Positions 1 through 9,404 of a stretch of DNA of 32,222 nt are shown piece by piece. A model generated the notes under the pieces. It ran no database searches, was not told the origin of the DNA, and worked only from the letters and a program-made list of their open reading frames with translations. Numbering within the stretch: the stretch's first letter is position 1; each line of letters starts with the position of its first letter. Made by a program: the position numbers and the translations under genes. The stretch comes from an archaeon (GTDB lineage: Archaea > Nanobdellota > Nanobdellia > Pacearchaeales > GW2011-AR1): NCBI GenBank assembly GCA_030639065.1, contig DAOWDJ010000015.1, positions 1 to 32,222 on the forward strand, given 5' to 3'.

Positions 1-81
1 AATAGTTTCAATATGACAAAACTTGTTTGATACTTTTTTAAAGTATCTCTTAATATTTTTTGGATATATCTTTGTTTTCAT
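1..81 (-). CDS. 5' part of a hypothetical protein running off the window start
   Basis: ATG at 81 reads open to the edge (MKTKIYPKNIKRYFKKVSNKFCHIETI...), with a TATA-like TTATATA about 25 nt upstream. Confidence 0.45.
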   Translation of the reverse strand, partial: MKTKIYPKNIKRYFKKVSNKFCHIETI

Positions 82-132
82 AATTATTTTAAGAAAAAAC
101 TGTATATAACTAGTACGTGAAACGTAATGAAA

Positions 133-948
133 CTAGTTCAGGGAAATTTTTTTTTCGTTTCCGTAGCTTTTTCTTTTTATCAAGTTTTTTTCTGCTAAAC
201 TTCGAAGTTTTCTACTTAGTCTTACTTTTGGAATCCCTAATTCTTTTACTAGCTCTTTTGTCCAAGAAGATTTCTCTTTTTTTGATAATAGATATTCTAT
301 AATCTTTTTCTCGTCGCCAAATAAGTTTTTTGTTACACTAACTTTTTTTAAATTTTTAAATTTTTGTTTTGCTTTATTTTGTTTTTTCTTGATTAGATTT
401 ATCTTTTTCTTAAATCTTTTCTGCTGGAAGTATAAAACAATTGCTATAATAATTAACAATGTTCCAACTATAATATAATAAGAAAAGTTTGACGTTGGAA
501 TTCCTTTGTAAAAGATTATAATCTCGCCCTCGCTAAAATCTTTCCATTCGAAGATTATGTTTTTCCCATTTGTTGAAACACTATAATCTTTTGGGAATAT
601 TAAATTATCGGATAAAATATGGTTTTTAGGAAGATAGACTTGAATATTTGAATTTGAATTTGATGGCCTTGGTAGAACAAAAAGATGTTCGTCTCCAGTT
701 TCTCTAATATAATCTTTTGTAATAAATTTGATAGTAGCTTGATCTGTAATTAATCTATTATTAGATAATATATATTTCTCGGTAGATTCTAATACTGAAT
801 AACTTTCAGGTAAAATAATTATTTCTTCCCTATCTGCTTCAATCTCGACTAAGACTTTCTCCCCAACTATTGTATAAGTTATATCTGTCGCAGAAACAAA
901 ACTAATAAAAAACACCGCTAATAGCAAAAATTGACATAACCCCCTCAT
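133..948 (-). CDS. Membrane-anchored protein with C-terminal winged-helix HTH (COG2512-like)
   Basis: Signal peptide, extracellular domain, one TM helix (YYIIVGTLLIIIAIVLYF), then C-terminal wHTH (WTKELVKELGIPKVRLSRKLRSLAEKNLIKRKSYGNEKKISL). Confidence 0.75.
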   Translation of the reverse strand: MRGLCQFLLLAVFFISFVSATDITYTIVGEKVLVEIEADREEIIILPESYSVLESTEKYILSNNRLITDQATIKFITKDYIRETGDEHLFVLPRPSNSNSNIQVYLPKNHILSDNLIFPKDYSVSTNGKNIIFEWKDFSEGEIIIFYKGIPTSNFSYYIIVGTLLIIIAIVLYFQQKRFKKKINLIKKKQNKAKQKFKNLKKVSVTKNLFGDEKKIIEYLLSKKEKSSWTKELVKELGIPKVRLSRKLRSLAEKNLIKRKSYGNEKKISLN

Positions 949-987
949 GAGAAATAATAGTTATTTTACTATTTAAACTTGGTGAAA

Positions 988-1647
988 TTAAACCGAATAT
1001 TCAAAAACTTTGTCGTAGGGAATAAACCATTTTGTGGCGGTTTTTCTAGAAGTTTTTTCCATAATTTTTCTAAATAACCTAATGGAATTTCCGTGTGCAG
1101 AAATTGCAACATTAACTTTATTTTTTCTCATATATTTTTTTAAATATTTAATGAAACTCCCCACCCTTTTTTCAACATCAGCGAAAGATTCTCCGTTTGG
1201 CGCTGCAACATTATATCCCCTATGAATTGCCTTGTATTCTTCTTTTCCAAGAAACTTTTCTACTTTGACTTTTAATTTTGGTTCAAGATTTTCAATTGCG
1301 TCGCCATGGATTCTCAAATTATAACTCCTTTCTCCAATTTTGTTAATAAATTGTTCATGAGTTGTACCTTCTAATTTTCCATAACTTCGCTCAATCATTC
1401 TATTATCTTCTAGAATGGTCTTACATTCAGGATGGAATTTTAAAGAAGGTTTTAGGGTATTTTTGGATCTTGACAGTCTGGTTTGAATTGCTACTTCAAA
1501 TTTTTTAGTTTTTAGTTTTTTAGCAATAATCTCTGCATGTCTCCTTCCTTCTGCTGTTAATCTTGCTTCCATCTGTCCAGTAAATCTTCCATCTCTGTTA
1601 AATGTAGTTTTTCCGTGTCTAAATAAATAAATCTTGTACCTCTTCAT
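988..1647 (-). CDS. gpmA: Histidine phosphatase family / 2,3-BPG-dependent phosphoglycerate mutase-like
   Basis: LFRHG, ERSYGKLEG, PNGESF and SAHGNSIR motifs. Confidence 0.75.
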   Translation of the reverse strand: MKRYKIYLFRHGKTTFNRDGRFTGQMEARLTAEGRRHAEIIAKKLKTKKFEVAIQTRLSRSKNTLKPSLKFHPECKTILEDNRMIERSYGKLEGTTHEQFINKIGERSYNLRIHGDAIENLEPKLKVKVEKFLGKEEYKAIHRGYNVAAPNGESFADVEKRVGSFIKYLKKYMRKNKVNVAISAHGNSIRLFRKIMEKTSRKTATKWFIPYDKVFEYSV

Positions 1648-1707
1648 ATTATAATTAGAATTAACTGGTATAAAAAGATTTTTATAGCTTAAATCTTTTT
1701 ATTATAC

Positions 1708-2028
1708 ATGATAGCTAATTGGGTGATAATAGGCATGTGTGTTCTTATAGGATTGTTTCTCTTAAAGATGGAGCATCACACTAGAAAGATTAAGGTTATT
1801 AGTGTAATTATAATTGGCTTTATACTTTATTTTTCAATAGTTGGAATGTTTACATCTGAACAAGTTGATCTTAGTTCTTCACGAGGGGTAGTTAATGCAG
1901 TCTATCTTTATTTTGGATGGATTGGTCAAACTGCAACAAATCTTTGGGATATTGGTACGAATACCGTAGATTTGGTTGGGAATGCTATAAAGATTAATAA
2001 TAGTGATGAGAGTTTTAAAAAGAGATAA
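1708..2028 (+). CDS. Hypothetical membrane protein
   Basis: 106-aa ORF with two hydrophobic segments, divergent from the neighbouring gene, with an upstream TATA-like sequence. Confidence 0.7.
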   Translation: MIANWVIIGMCVLIGLFLLKMEHHTRKIKVISVIIIGFILYFSIVGMFTSEQVDLSSSRGVVNAVYLYFGWIGQTATNLWDIGTNTVDLVGNAIKINNSDESFKKR

Positions 2029-2032
2029 GCTA

Positions 2033-3217
2033 TCAGGTGTTGGATATATTATCTAATTTTCTTTTTAGAAAAGGGTAAATGCTTAATAAAATAACCAACA
2101 TGCAGATACCTAAAATCAAAAAACCTAAACGAAAAGAGATTGTCATAATAAACCCTATAGCGAATGCAGCTCCTGATTGGAATAATGCCAATATTTGCTG
2201 TTTAATCGAAAGCATGGTGGCTTTGTATCTTTTATTTATTAAGAAATTATTAAGATAATATTCTTGGATTATTGGATATCGACCAAAATAATATCCACTT
2301 GATATAGCAATCATTAGACCAATAATATATGGATTGCTTAACTGTGAAATTATTATAATTAGTCCTGAAAAGAAGAATGCCTCATAAAGTAATAATGTTT
2401 GTAATTTTATCTTTTTTAATAATTTTAAATTGTGTCCAACAATAAACCATATCACTCTTGATAATGCCATTATAGAACCAATAAAAATAATTGGGAATCC
2501 TAAGGATTGTACGAAAGGTCCCCTGAAAGGAGAGCTTGCCATGAAGAGTCCTCCAAGAATTCCAAGAAATAATGATGTAGTATAAAACCCAATTCCTTTA
2601 AATCTTTTTAACTGTGATAATATTTTTTCTCCTTCTTCGTCTTCTGCGTTATATTTCATTTTAGGAGAATGTAGGGAAAATGCTACAAAAATACCAATCA
2701 CGTCAAAGATTAAATATATTTTAATAGGCATAATTAATGAAATTTTTGTTAACAGTGGTAATAATAGAATCATTCCCGCAGCAACTAATGAAACTTTCGC
2801 GCTAATCTTGCCACTAATTTCTCCGTATTCTTTTTCTTTTTTTAATCCAATAAGTGTGTTATGTAAAAACGCCCCTGCTGTTCCAGATGTAAATGCAAAA
2901 CCTAAAGAAATAAAAGTTGAGCCTAAAATAAAATATGGAACTGAGTTGCCAAAGATGAAAAATAAAGTCGATGCTAGCATAAAAAACTTTGTTAAAATTA
3001 GAGTTTTCTTATGTCCAAATTTGTCTGAAAAATAGCCTGAAGGAATTTCTAGAAGAAATCCTACAAACCAGCCAATTCCAACAAATAATCCTATTTGTTG
3101 GGCAGTAGTATTGGGAAGTGTTAAAAAATAAATGGAGAGAATAGGAATATAATTTCTTCTATTAGTTAATATGAATAAAAAATATTTCCAAATATTTGAT
3201 TTTAATTCCTTTTGCAT
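2033..3217 (-). CDS. MFS transporter
   Basis: About 12 hydrophobic segments; MFS motif A variant EIPSGYFSDKFGHKKTL. Confidence 0.9.
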   Translation of the reverse strand: MQKELKSNIWKYFLFILTNRRNYIPILSIYFLTLPNTTAQQIGLFVGIGWFVGFLLEIPSGYFSDKFGHKKTLILTKFFMLASTLFFIFGNSVPYFILGSTFISLGFAFTSGTAGAFLHNTLIGLKKEKEYGEISGKISAKVSLVAAGMILLLPLLTKISLIMPIKIYLIFDVIGIFVAFSLHSPKMKYNAEDEEGEKILSQLKRFKGIGFYTTSLFLGILGGLFMASSPFRGPFVQSLGFPIIFIGSIMALSRVIWFIVGHNLKLLKKIKLQTLLLYEAFFFSGLIIIISQLSNPYIIGLMIAISSGYYFGRYPIIQEYYLNNFLINKRYKATMLSIKQQILALFQSGAAFAIGFIMTISFRLGFLILGICMLVILLSIYPFLKRKLDNISNT

Positions 3218-3264
3218 AATGGTAATAATTTTTAGTAATTTATAACCTTATTGGGGAAATTAGA

Positions 3265-3368
3265 AAGCCACATCTAGGGATCTACTCACAAAATACACTT
3301 CGAAAAAATATCTAAAAAATTAATTTTTCTCGAGGTGTTTTGCTCGCCCGGGACTGTCCCGAGTTTGA
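3265..3368 (-). repeat. tRNA-Thr 3' cassette: inverted T-arm copy, plus duplicated tRNA 3' third with a 64-nt hairpin insert in the T-loop
   Basis: 3265-3282 matches 3368-3385 at 17/18 nt. 3356-3368 is an inverted copy of 3384-3396. 3347-3354 is a direct copy of the variable loop/T-stem. The insert at 3283-3346 is a hairpin. Confidence 0.85.
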
Positions 3369-3443
3369 AGCCACATCTGGGGATCAAACCCAGGACCTCG
3401 TCATTACCAATGACGCGCTCTATCAAAACTGAGCTAATGCGGC
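3369..3443 (-). tRNA. tRNA-Thr (GGT)
   Basis: Cloverleaf: acceptor GCCGCAT/ATGTGGC, anticodon arm CGTCA-TTGGTAA-TGACG, T-arm CTGGG-TTTGATC-CCCAG; no encoded CCA. Confidence 0.95.
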
Positions 3444-3492
3444 ATATTTTTTTATCTCCCCGTAAATTTATAAATGCTACCATCACACTTAA

Positions 3493-3975
3493 ATGATGGA
3501 AAATGATGAGTTTGATTTAGAATCGGCATACAACAAATTAAAGACGGAATATGATTTACCTGAATTTGAAAAAATATCTGAAGATTTTGATGTTGAAAAA
3601 AACATAGACAAAGAACCTGTTTTTTTAATGAGAGACATTCGACGAATTATTGTAGAAAAAACTTCTGCATACCTCCAATTATTTGAAACTTTAATTAATC
3701 CAAATTCTCCACCTATGTTTGTGTTTTCAATTTTAAGAAATGTATCCACGGAAGACAAAGATACTATAAAAGAAATTTATAAAATACTGTCTAGAATACA
3801 GATTGAGGCTATGAAGCTAGACATTATCTATAAGGAAGATGCTGAGGCGAAATTTATTGTTGAGACTTTTAATGTGTGGCAAAAATCAAAACTTACAATT
3901 TACAAACTTATAGAAAAATTTGAGATGAATTTTGAAAGCGATGATACCTCAAAGAAACGAAGTTATTTTGCCTGA
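3493..3975 (+). CDS. Hypothetical protein
   Basis: 160-aa ORF with protein-like composition and TATA box (TTTATAAA) about 20-25 nt upstream; convergent overlap with pheT. Confidence 0.8.
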   Translation: MMENDEFDLESAYNKLKTEYDLPEFEKISEDFDVEKNIDKEPVFLMRDIRRIIVEKTSAYLQLFETLINPNSPPMFVFSILRNVSTEDKDTIKEIYKILSRIQIEAMKLDIIYKEDAEAKFIVETFNVWQKSKLTIYKLIEKFEMNFESDDTSKKRSYFA

Positions 3976-5624
3976 TTTAAAAAATCTGTTTCAATTTCTA
4001 GTGCTACCATTGGCATTTTTATTTTCCAATTTTTTAAAACTCTTGGTGCAACTTCCCCTATAAAACCAATATCTTTATCATTAACTATAATCTTCCCGCA
4101 TCTTCCAATAATGTAATTTGAATTTTCTACCGCTTCTATAGAATATTTTGTATTTAACATCTTAAATAAATAATCTAATATCTGTTTTAATTCTGTAAAA
4201 TTAACTTTTTCGTCGATTAGAGAGATGGCCAACCTCTCATTTTCATGTACCCCAACTTCCGAATCTTCAGATAAATCTCTAGAGAAAACTTGTCCCATTT
4301 CAAAAATCTTTTGTGGATAGGCTGCGTCTGAGTTTTCTGATGATATTTGTAGTAAGTTGGTTAGTATGTCCATCCTCAAAATGTTTCTTTCTGTTTTTGA
4401 TTCTTCAACCTCTATAAAATCATTAAAATCATAGTGCATCTTTTTTATGTTTTTCTTTGTGGTTAGATGAAATGAAGATGTTTCCAATAGTCCAAGTCCA
4501 GCTAAAATGTTTCCTATTAATCTTTTTGTTTTATCTACTGGATCTTCGTGAGCGATTGTTGAGATGTCTGGAATTTCTGGTACAAAATTTTCATAGCCAT
4601 ATGCGATTGCGACTTCCTCTGCTAAATCAATCCAATGTAATATGTCTGATCTGTAAGCTGGAATTAGGGCTATCGATTTTCCTTTTTTATTTTCATAACC
4701 AATGCCCATCTGTGCTAAATAATTTTTAATATCCTTTTCGTTCAAATCTATTCCAAGTGTTTTCTCTATATTTTTGATACTAAATGCCAATCTTTCTGTC
4801 GACATATCTGGCGAAATAAAACTTCCATCTTTTCCGTCTTTAATATTCATTGCATAAACTTTTCCTCCCATCTCTGAGATTGAAGCTACAATAATGTTTA
4901 AACATTTTTTTAAATACACCAAATTGTGTCCTGAACATTCAATAAATACCTCTTTAGTATTACAACTAATTCGTCCGGTCTTCTCTGAATTGATAATTGG
5001 CGGCATACTTAACACTTCATTATCAGCGTCGATAAAAACGGGAAATATCCCTTCGTCTTTAAGTAAATCTCCATATTCTCTACCTGCTGGATGTCCTCGC
5101 AAGATTTGTCTACCGGTCATTTCTCTTGTAGATTCCAGAGGTTTAAACTTGATATTGTCTGGATTCCTACCGACAAATCTTATAGGTAATTTAATTTTAT
5201 CTAGTGGGTAAATTCCGATAGCTATCTTCTTACGCTTCCTCCCAATTGAATTATGGAGTTTTTCTTGAACATCAACAATTTCTTTAATTTTCTCATCATT
5301 AAATTTTAACCCTTTAATAATTGTGCAAACCGTATGCGGACGCACAGCTTTTACTGATTTATCTATAATCACAGCATAATTTTTTTCTGGTTTATTTATT
5401 CTGAATTCTGCTATTCTCGTTCTTTTGTTAAATTGATTAACTGCTCTTGCAAAATTTCCCATTGATAATAAATCTGGTCTATTTGGAAAAACCTCTACCG
5501 AAACTTCAGAATCTGTCACTTCTTCAATTGGGGTTCCCATATCAGTTATTTTTTTTTCTAACTCTGCCGTAATCTTCCCTATTTTTTTCTCAAGTTCTTT
5601 TCTATTTAGTGTTAGTATTGTCAT
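3963..5624 (-). CDS. pheT: Phenylalanyl-tRNA synthetase beta subunit (archaeal type)
   Basis: PNRPDLLS, B3/4 domain (QEKLH...GRKRKK, SMPPIINS), PAYRSDILHWIDLAEEVAIAYGY; follows pheS. Confidence 0.97.
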   Translation of the reverse strand: MTILTLNRKELEKKIGKITAELEKKITDMGTPIEEVTDSEVSVEVFPNRPDLLSMGNFARAVNQFNKRTRIAEFRINKPEKNYAVIIDKSVKAVRPHTVCTIIKGLKFNDEKIKEIVDVQEKLHNSIGRKRKKIAIGIYPLDKIKLPIRFVGRNPDNIKFKPLESTREMTGRQILRGHPAGREYGDLLKDEGIFPVFIDADNEVLSMPPIINSEKTGRISCNTKEVFIECSGHNLVYLKKCLNIIVASISEMGGKVYAMNIKDGKDGSFISPDMSTERLAFSIKNIEKTLGIDLNEKDIKNYLAQMGIGYENKKGKSIALIPAYRSDILHWIDLAEEVAIAYGYENFVPEIPDISTIAHEDPVDKTKRLIGNILAGLGLLETSSFHLTTKKNIKKMHYDFNDFIEVEESKTERNILRMDILTNLLQISSENSDAAYPQKIFEMGQVFSRDLSEDSEVGVHENERLAISLIDEKVNFTELKQILDYLFKMLNTKYSIEAVENSNYIIGRCGKIIVNDKDIGFIGEVAPRVLKNWKIKMPMVALEIETDFLNQAK

Positions 5625-7172
5625 TTATTTTCTCCAGAATTTCATCTCTCTCAATTTATTTAAATCGTTTTTATATACTTCTCGTAAATCATTAATTTCG
5701 AAAAACTCTGTGATAATTCTGTCAAAACCCTGTCCCCATGCTAGGACGGGAATATGTTTTCCAAACATCGGAATTGTAACTTCTGGTCTAAACATCCCAG
5801 CGCCACCGAGCTCAACCCATTTCTTATGAACCGGGTGAAAAATATCTATTTCTAGTGATGGCTCTGTATATGCAAAATATGCCGGCCTGATTCTAATCTT
5901 TTCGAATCCCATCTTCTTATAAAACTGAGTTAGGTATCCAAGTAGTTGTCTGAAATTTGCATTCTCGTCAATTACTATTCCTTCAGTTTGATTAAATTCA
6001 AATCCGTGTGACCAATCAACTGTCTCGTTTCTAAAACATTTCCCGAGGGCAAAATATTTTGCGGGGAATTCTTTTGATTTTCCTATTTCCTGAAGTTTTC
6101 TAACAGAGAGAGAAGTTGTATGAGTTCTAAGTAATACTCTTTTCGCATCTTCCTCCTCCCATTTATATTGCCATCCTTTGCTCTCGTCGATTCCCCCTTC
6201 ATGCGCTCTTTGAACATTAAACAACACACAATTTTCTTTTTTCTTACATCGAGCTGGCAACTTTCCCATCATTCCTTTCAGATAAAAAGTATCCTGCATT
6301 TCTCGAACAGGATGATCTTGCGCTGTAAATAAACTATCAAAAACCCAAAATCCAGTTTCTACGATATTCCCTGTCATTTCTTTAAATCCCATTTCCAACC
6401 AGATTGATTTTGCATAATCTTTTGCTTGATTTACAAAATGTCTTTTCCCTCCATACACCCTTGGAGCTGGTGATGTTAAATCATATCTACGAAATTTTTT
6501 CCCTTTCCAAGAATTTTGTTTTAAAATTTTAGAAATGAAAGCTGCGTGTGAATTTTTATTTATATTCATTCCAACAATCTTCTTACCTAATTCTGTTAGC
6601 TTAATTTTTATTGTTTTTTGCTCTTCTACCTCAATAATATCTTTTCGTTTTTTTAAGTTCTCAAATGCTAATTTGTCTAAGTCGATAATCGATTCTAAGT
6701 CCATCGGCAACTTCTCTAGAAAGATTTCTTCAATCATCTTATTTGTTATTTCTTCCGATTTTGCGTTTAAATTAATTTTTCCTTGCCTAATCTCAACTAA
6801 TGCTTTTTTCTTTAGTGTCCCTAGCGCAATTTTGGCTTCATTATCATTTAGATTGCAAACATTTTTAATTTCCCCAATTGGAATTATTTTTTTTTCAGCC
6901 AATTTATTCAGTAATGTTCGCTCGGGTAATTCTTTCTTTAGATAATTAATTCCCAGGATTCCTAAAATAACAACTTTTTTTTCTGAAGATTCTTGTTCAA
7001 CTAACTTTTTATTTTTCAAAAATCCCGTGGCTCTCAAAATTGTGGTTTTATCTAAATTTATTTTGTCTGAAAAATCTTTGATGTCTGAAAAATCTTCGTT
7101 TAATTTTGGGAGAACTTCCCTTTCCATAGGGGATAGGGATTCAATAATTAATTCTTCGTCCATAATAATCAA
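5625..7172 (-). CDS. pheS: Phenylalanyl-tRNA synthetase alpha subunit (archaeal type)
   Basis: QDHPVREMQDTFY, LLRTHTTS, FRNETVDWSHGFEFNQTEG, AYTEPS, ELGGAGMFRPEV. Confidence 0.98.
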   Translation of the reverse strand: MIIMDEELIIESLSPMEREVLPKLNEDFSDIKDFSDKINLDKTTILRATGFLKNKKLVEQESSEKKVVILGILGINYLKKELPERTLLNKLAEKKIIPIGEIKNVCNLNDNEAKIALGTLKKKALVEIRQGKINLNAKSEEITNKMIEEIFLEKLPMDLESIIDLDKLAFENLKKRKDIIEVEEQKTIKIKLTELGKKIVGMNINKNSHAAFISKILKQNSWKGKKFRRYDLTSPAPRVYGGKRHFVNQAKDYAKSIWLEMGFKEMTGNIVETGFWVFDSLFTAQDHPVREMQDTFYLKGMMGKLPARCKKKENCVLFNVQRAHEGGIDESKGWQYKWEEEDAKRVLLRTHTTSLSVRKLQEIGKSKEFPAKYFALGKCFRNETVDWSHGFEFNQTEGIVIDENANFRQLLGYLTQFYKKMGFEKIRIRPAYFAYTEPSLEIDIFHPVHKKWVELGGAGMFRPEVTIPMFGKHIPVLAWGQGFDRIITEFFEINDLREVYKNDLNKLREMKFWRK

Positions 7173-7201
7173 TAACTTAGAGCTTTTTAAGTTTTAGTAA
7201 A

Positions 7202-7810
7202 TTACAAAATTTTCAAGGCCAAAAGAATACCAATTATAATTATTATCACTCCACCAATTCTCTCTGGGTGTTTGAAACTTTTCAATCTATCGGAAAGAGA
7301 ATGAGCAATTATCAATGAAACAAATGTCGCAATCATAACACCACTACAAATAGCTATCCATGAACCTTTTACCATTATCAAATTTGAATAGGCGAGAATA
7401 TCATCAATTCCCGTCGCGAAAAAAAGTATCATTCCAATTCCAACAAATTTCAAGTTACCTATTCTTGTCAAAGGTTCTTTATCTATATGTTTCTTCATTC
7501 TTGTGAAATGTATTTTCTTCTGATGTTGCGTCCCCTTCCCGTGAGTAAAAGATAATAATCCAAGCGTGATCAGAACTGCGCCGCTTATCAAATGCCTAGA
7601 AGGGATTGCTTCCATTAACGACCCGGCTAGGACTGCGATTGTTAGCGCAATGATTGTTCCTATAATTATCCCTAAAGAAATTAATCTTTTGTGATCTTTT
7701 TTCCTGTTGTCTAAATATGAACCAGCATAAGCCACTGTGTCGTCGATTCCTGTCGCGAAAAATGCAACAAACCCAATAACTAAAAGTATAAACGTACCTA
7801 TCAACTCCAT
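7202..7810 (-). CDS. Cadmium-resistance transporter (CadD)-like, LysE superfamily
   Basis: Internally duplicated FFATGIDD motif and about 6 TM helices. Confidence 0.7.
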   Translation of the reverse strand: MELIGTFILLVIGFVAFFATGIDDTVAYAGSYLDNRKKDHKRLISLGIIIGTIIALTIAVLAGSLMEAIPSRHLISGAVLITLGLLSFTHGKGTQHQKKIHFTRMKKHIDKEPLTRIGNLKFVGIGMILFFATGIDDILAYSNLIMVKGSWIAICSGVMIATFVSLIIAHSLSDRLKSFKHPERIGGVIIIIIGILLALKIL

Positions 7811-7840
7811 ACAAAATGAAAAGCTATTTTCTTTTTAAAT

Positions 7841-8401
7841 TTATGTTTTTATAACCTTACTAACTTGCTGACTAGACATTCCTAAGCTTGCGCCAAATGA
7901 CACTCTACTTTTCTCATCTATAATATTATTTTTATTATTCGCTAAACTTACAATTTTAATATCACATTTAGCTTTTCTGCAAATTTTTACATTTTGAATT
8001 AACCTTTCTAATCTTCTAACCTTTTCTACGCTAGTTAGTTTAGCAATATCGGACATGCTAATAATGATTGTAATGTTTCGCTTGGCTGCCTCTTTGGCAA
8101 CGACATGATTAATGCCCGAATCTCTCTGTTTTAAATTATTATTCTTTGGCTTAATCTCTGGAGAAACTAAATAATTAATTCGTAAAGTTTCAATTGCTCT
8201 ACGATTAAATGCATCGTCCCCACCTTCTATGGCAATTTTTTTCCCAGAACCTTTTAGGGATTCTATAATTCTTCTAGCTTCTTTTTCAGATGAACTAATT
8301 AAAAATCCATCACACTCTTTATCCTTGGAAACCTCTGCTTTAGATTTCACCTTCTTTAAGAAAATTGAATCTTTAGTTCGAAATAAGTTTATGTCTTTCA
8401 T
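7841..8401 (-). CDS. rnp3: Ribonuclease P protein component 3 (Rpp30)
   Basis: GGDDAFNRRAIE, RDSGINHVVAKEAAKRNI, NVKICRK motifs typical of archaeal Rpp30. Confidence 0.85.
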   Translation of the reverse strand: MKDINLFRTKDSIFLKKVKSKAEVSKDKECDGFLISSSEKEARRIIESLKGSGKKIAIEGGDDAFNRRAIETLRINYLVSPEIKPKNNNLKQRDSGINHVVAKEAAKRNITIIISMSDIAKLTSVEKVRRLERLIQNVKICRKAKCDIKIVSLANNKNNIIDEKSRVSFGASLGMSSQQVSKVIKT

Positions 8402-9078
8402 TCACTGATTAAAGTTCCTATAAACTTTTTGTTTTTTAAGATTTTATCAATTGCCCCAAGTGACCCTACAAGATAAGTTGTAATTTTTTTATCTTGAATT
8501 GTCTTTGCTGCGGACTGGTCCAAAACAAAATGCTGCCCCGCTTTATATTTTACTTTTTTGGCAATTTCAATAAAATCTTTCCATGTTATTTTAGAGATAA
8601 ATTTTGCTTTTTTATTTTTAGTAGGATCTGAACTATAAAGTCCCTTAACATTCGTTAAATTGATAAATGGACATTGTAAGTATGATGCAATTTTTGCGGC
8701 GGTTCCATCTGAGGTATTTTTTCGACGATACCTTAATGCTCCACAGAAAACAACTCTATTTTTTGCCAATAAGTTTTTAACTTTTTTCATATTGGTAGGA
8801 ATCTCTTCGTTTGTAATTTTGCCAAAAAACCTTGCCATAAATTCAGCGTGTAATCTTGTAATAGCAATACCTTCCTTTGATTGTGCCTTTGTTTTTTTTC
8901 CTAATTTCTTTAAGGCTAAAATATATTTTCTAGCTGTTGAACCCCCTCCTGTTACTACTACAAATCTCTGTGATTTATGTGAACTAATTAATTGTTTAAA
9001 TTTTAATAAAAATTTATCGTCAACTTCTCCTGGAATAATTCTAGAGCCACCAAGACTAATCACCCATGTGTTTTTCAT
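8398..9078 (-). CDS. pyrH: UMP kinase
   Basis: VISLGGS, VVVTGGGSTARKY, TNVKGLYSSDP, AGQHFVLD. Confidence 0.95.
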   Translation of the reverse strand: MKNTWVISLGGSRIIPGEVDDKFLLKFKQLISSHKSQRFVVVTGGGSTARKYILALKKLGKKTKAQSKEGIAITRLHAEFMARFFGKITNEEIPTNMKKVKNLLAKNRVVFCGALRYRRKNTSDGTAAKIASYLQCPFINLTNVKGLYSSDPTKNKKAKFISKITWKDFIEIAKKVKYKAGQHFVLDQSAAKTIQDKKITTYLVGSLGAIDKILKNKKFIGTLISE

Positions 9079-9116
9079 ATATCGAAGAGAAGAATATGGC
9101 TTATATATATTGCGGA

Positions 9117-9398
9117 TTAACAGACTGTAAATAATTTATTATCGTGTACGTCGAATATCTTTAAACGAACTCCGGAATCTAGCCAACCGTGTGCGTAATT
9201 TAAAGCTGCAAAAGCATTTACCCAATCATCTTTGCTTTTAAAATGATGAGCATCTGAAACATAATTCTCAACCATGTCAATGATTTCTTTTGATTCTGTT
9301 TCTTTCCCTTTAATAATATTTTTTTTTACTTCAACCAACGCCTTTTCTGTTAGGTTAAAATATTTCTCTAATTTTGCTGAACTAATTTTATTATCCAT
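9117..9398 (-). CDS. DUF357 family protein
   Basis: YVSDAHHF...DWVNAFAALNYAHGWLDSG signature. Confidence 0.9.
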   Translation of the reverse strand: MDNKISSAKLEKYFNLTEKALVEVKKNIIKGKETESKEIIDMVENYVSDAHHFKSKDDWVNAFAALNYAHGWLDSGVRLKIFDVHDNKLFTVC

Positions 9399-9404
9399 GT
9401 TAAT

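Noticed and set aside
130-163. Resemblance to the reverse complement of the Trp insert
   Set aside because: It lies within the coding 3' end of 133-948 and is low-complexity AT-rich sequence.
3240-3257. TTATAA...ATTGGGGA shared beyond the Thr and Trp cassettes as part of the element
   Set aside because: It is better explained as the BRE/TATA promoter of the next minus-strand gene; a similar motif precedes the KH gene near 21015-21030.
3283-3346. Inserts as canonical BHB tRNA introns or split-tRNA halves
   Set aside because: I could not build a 3-4-3 bulge-helix-bulge at the junctions. Excision of the Thr/Asn inserts would not restore positions 54-56, and the upstream tRNAs are already complete.
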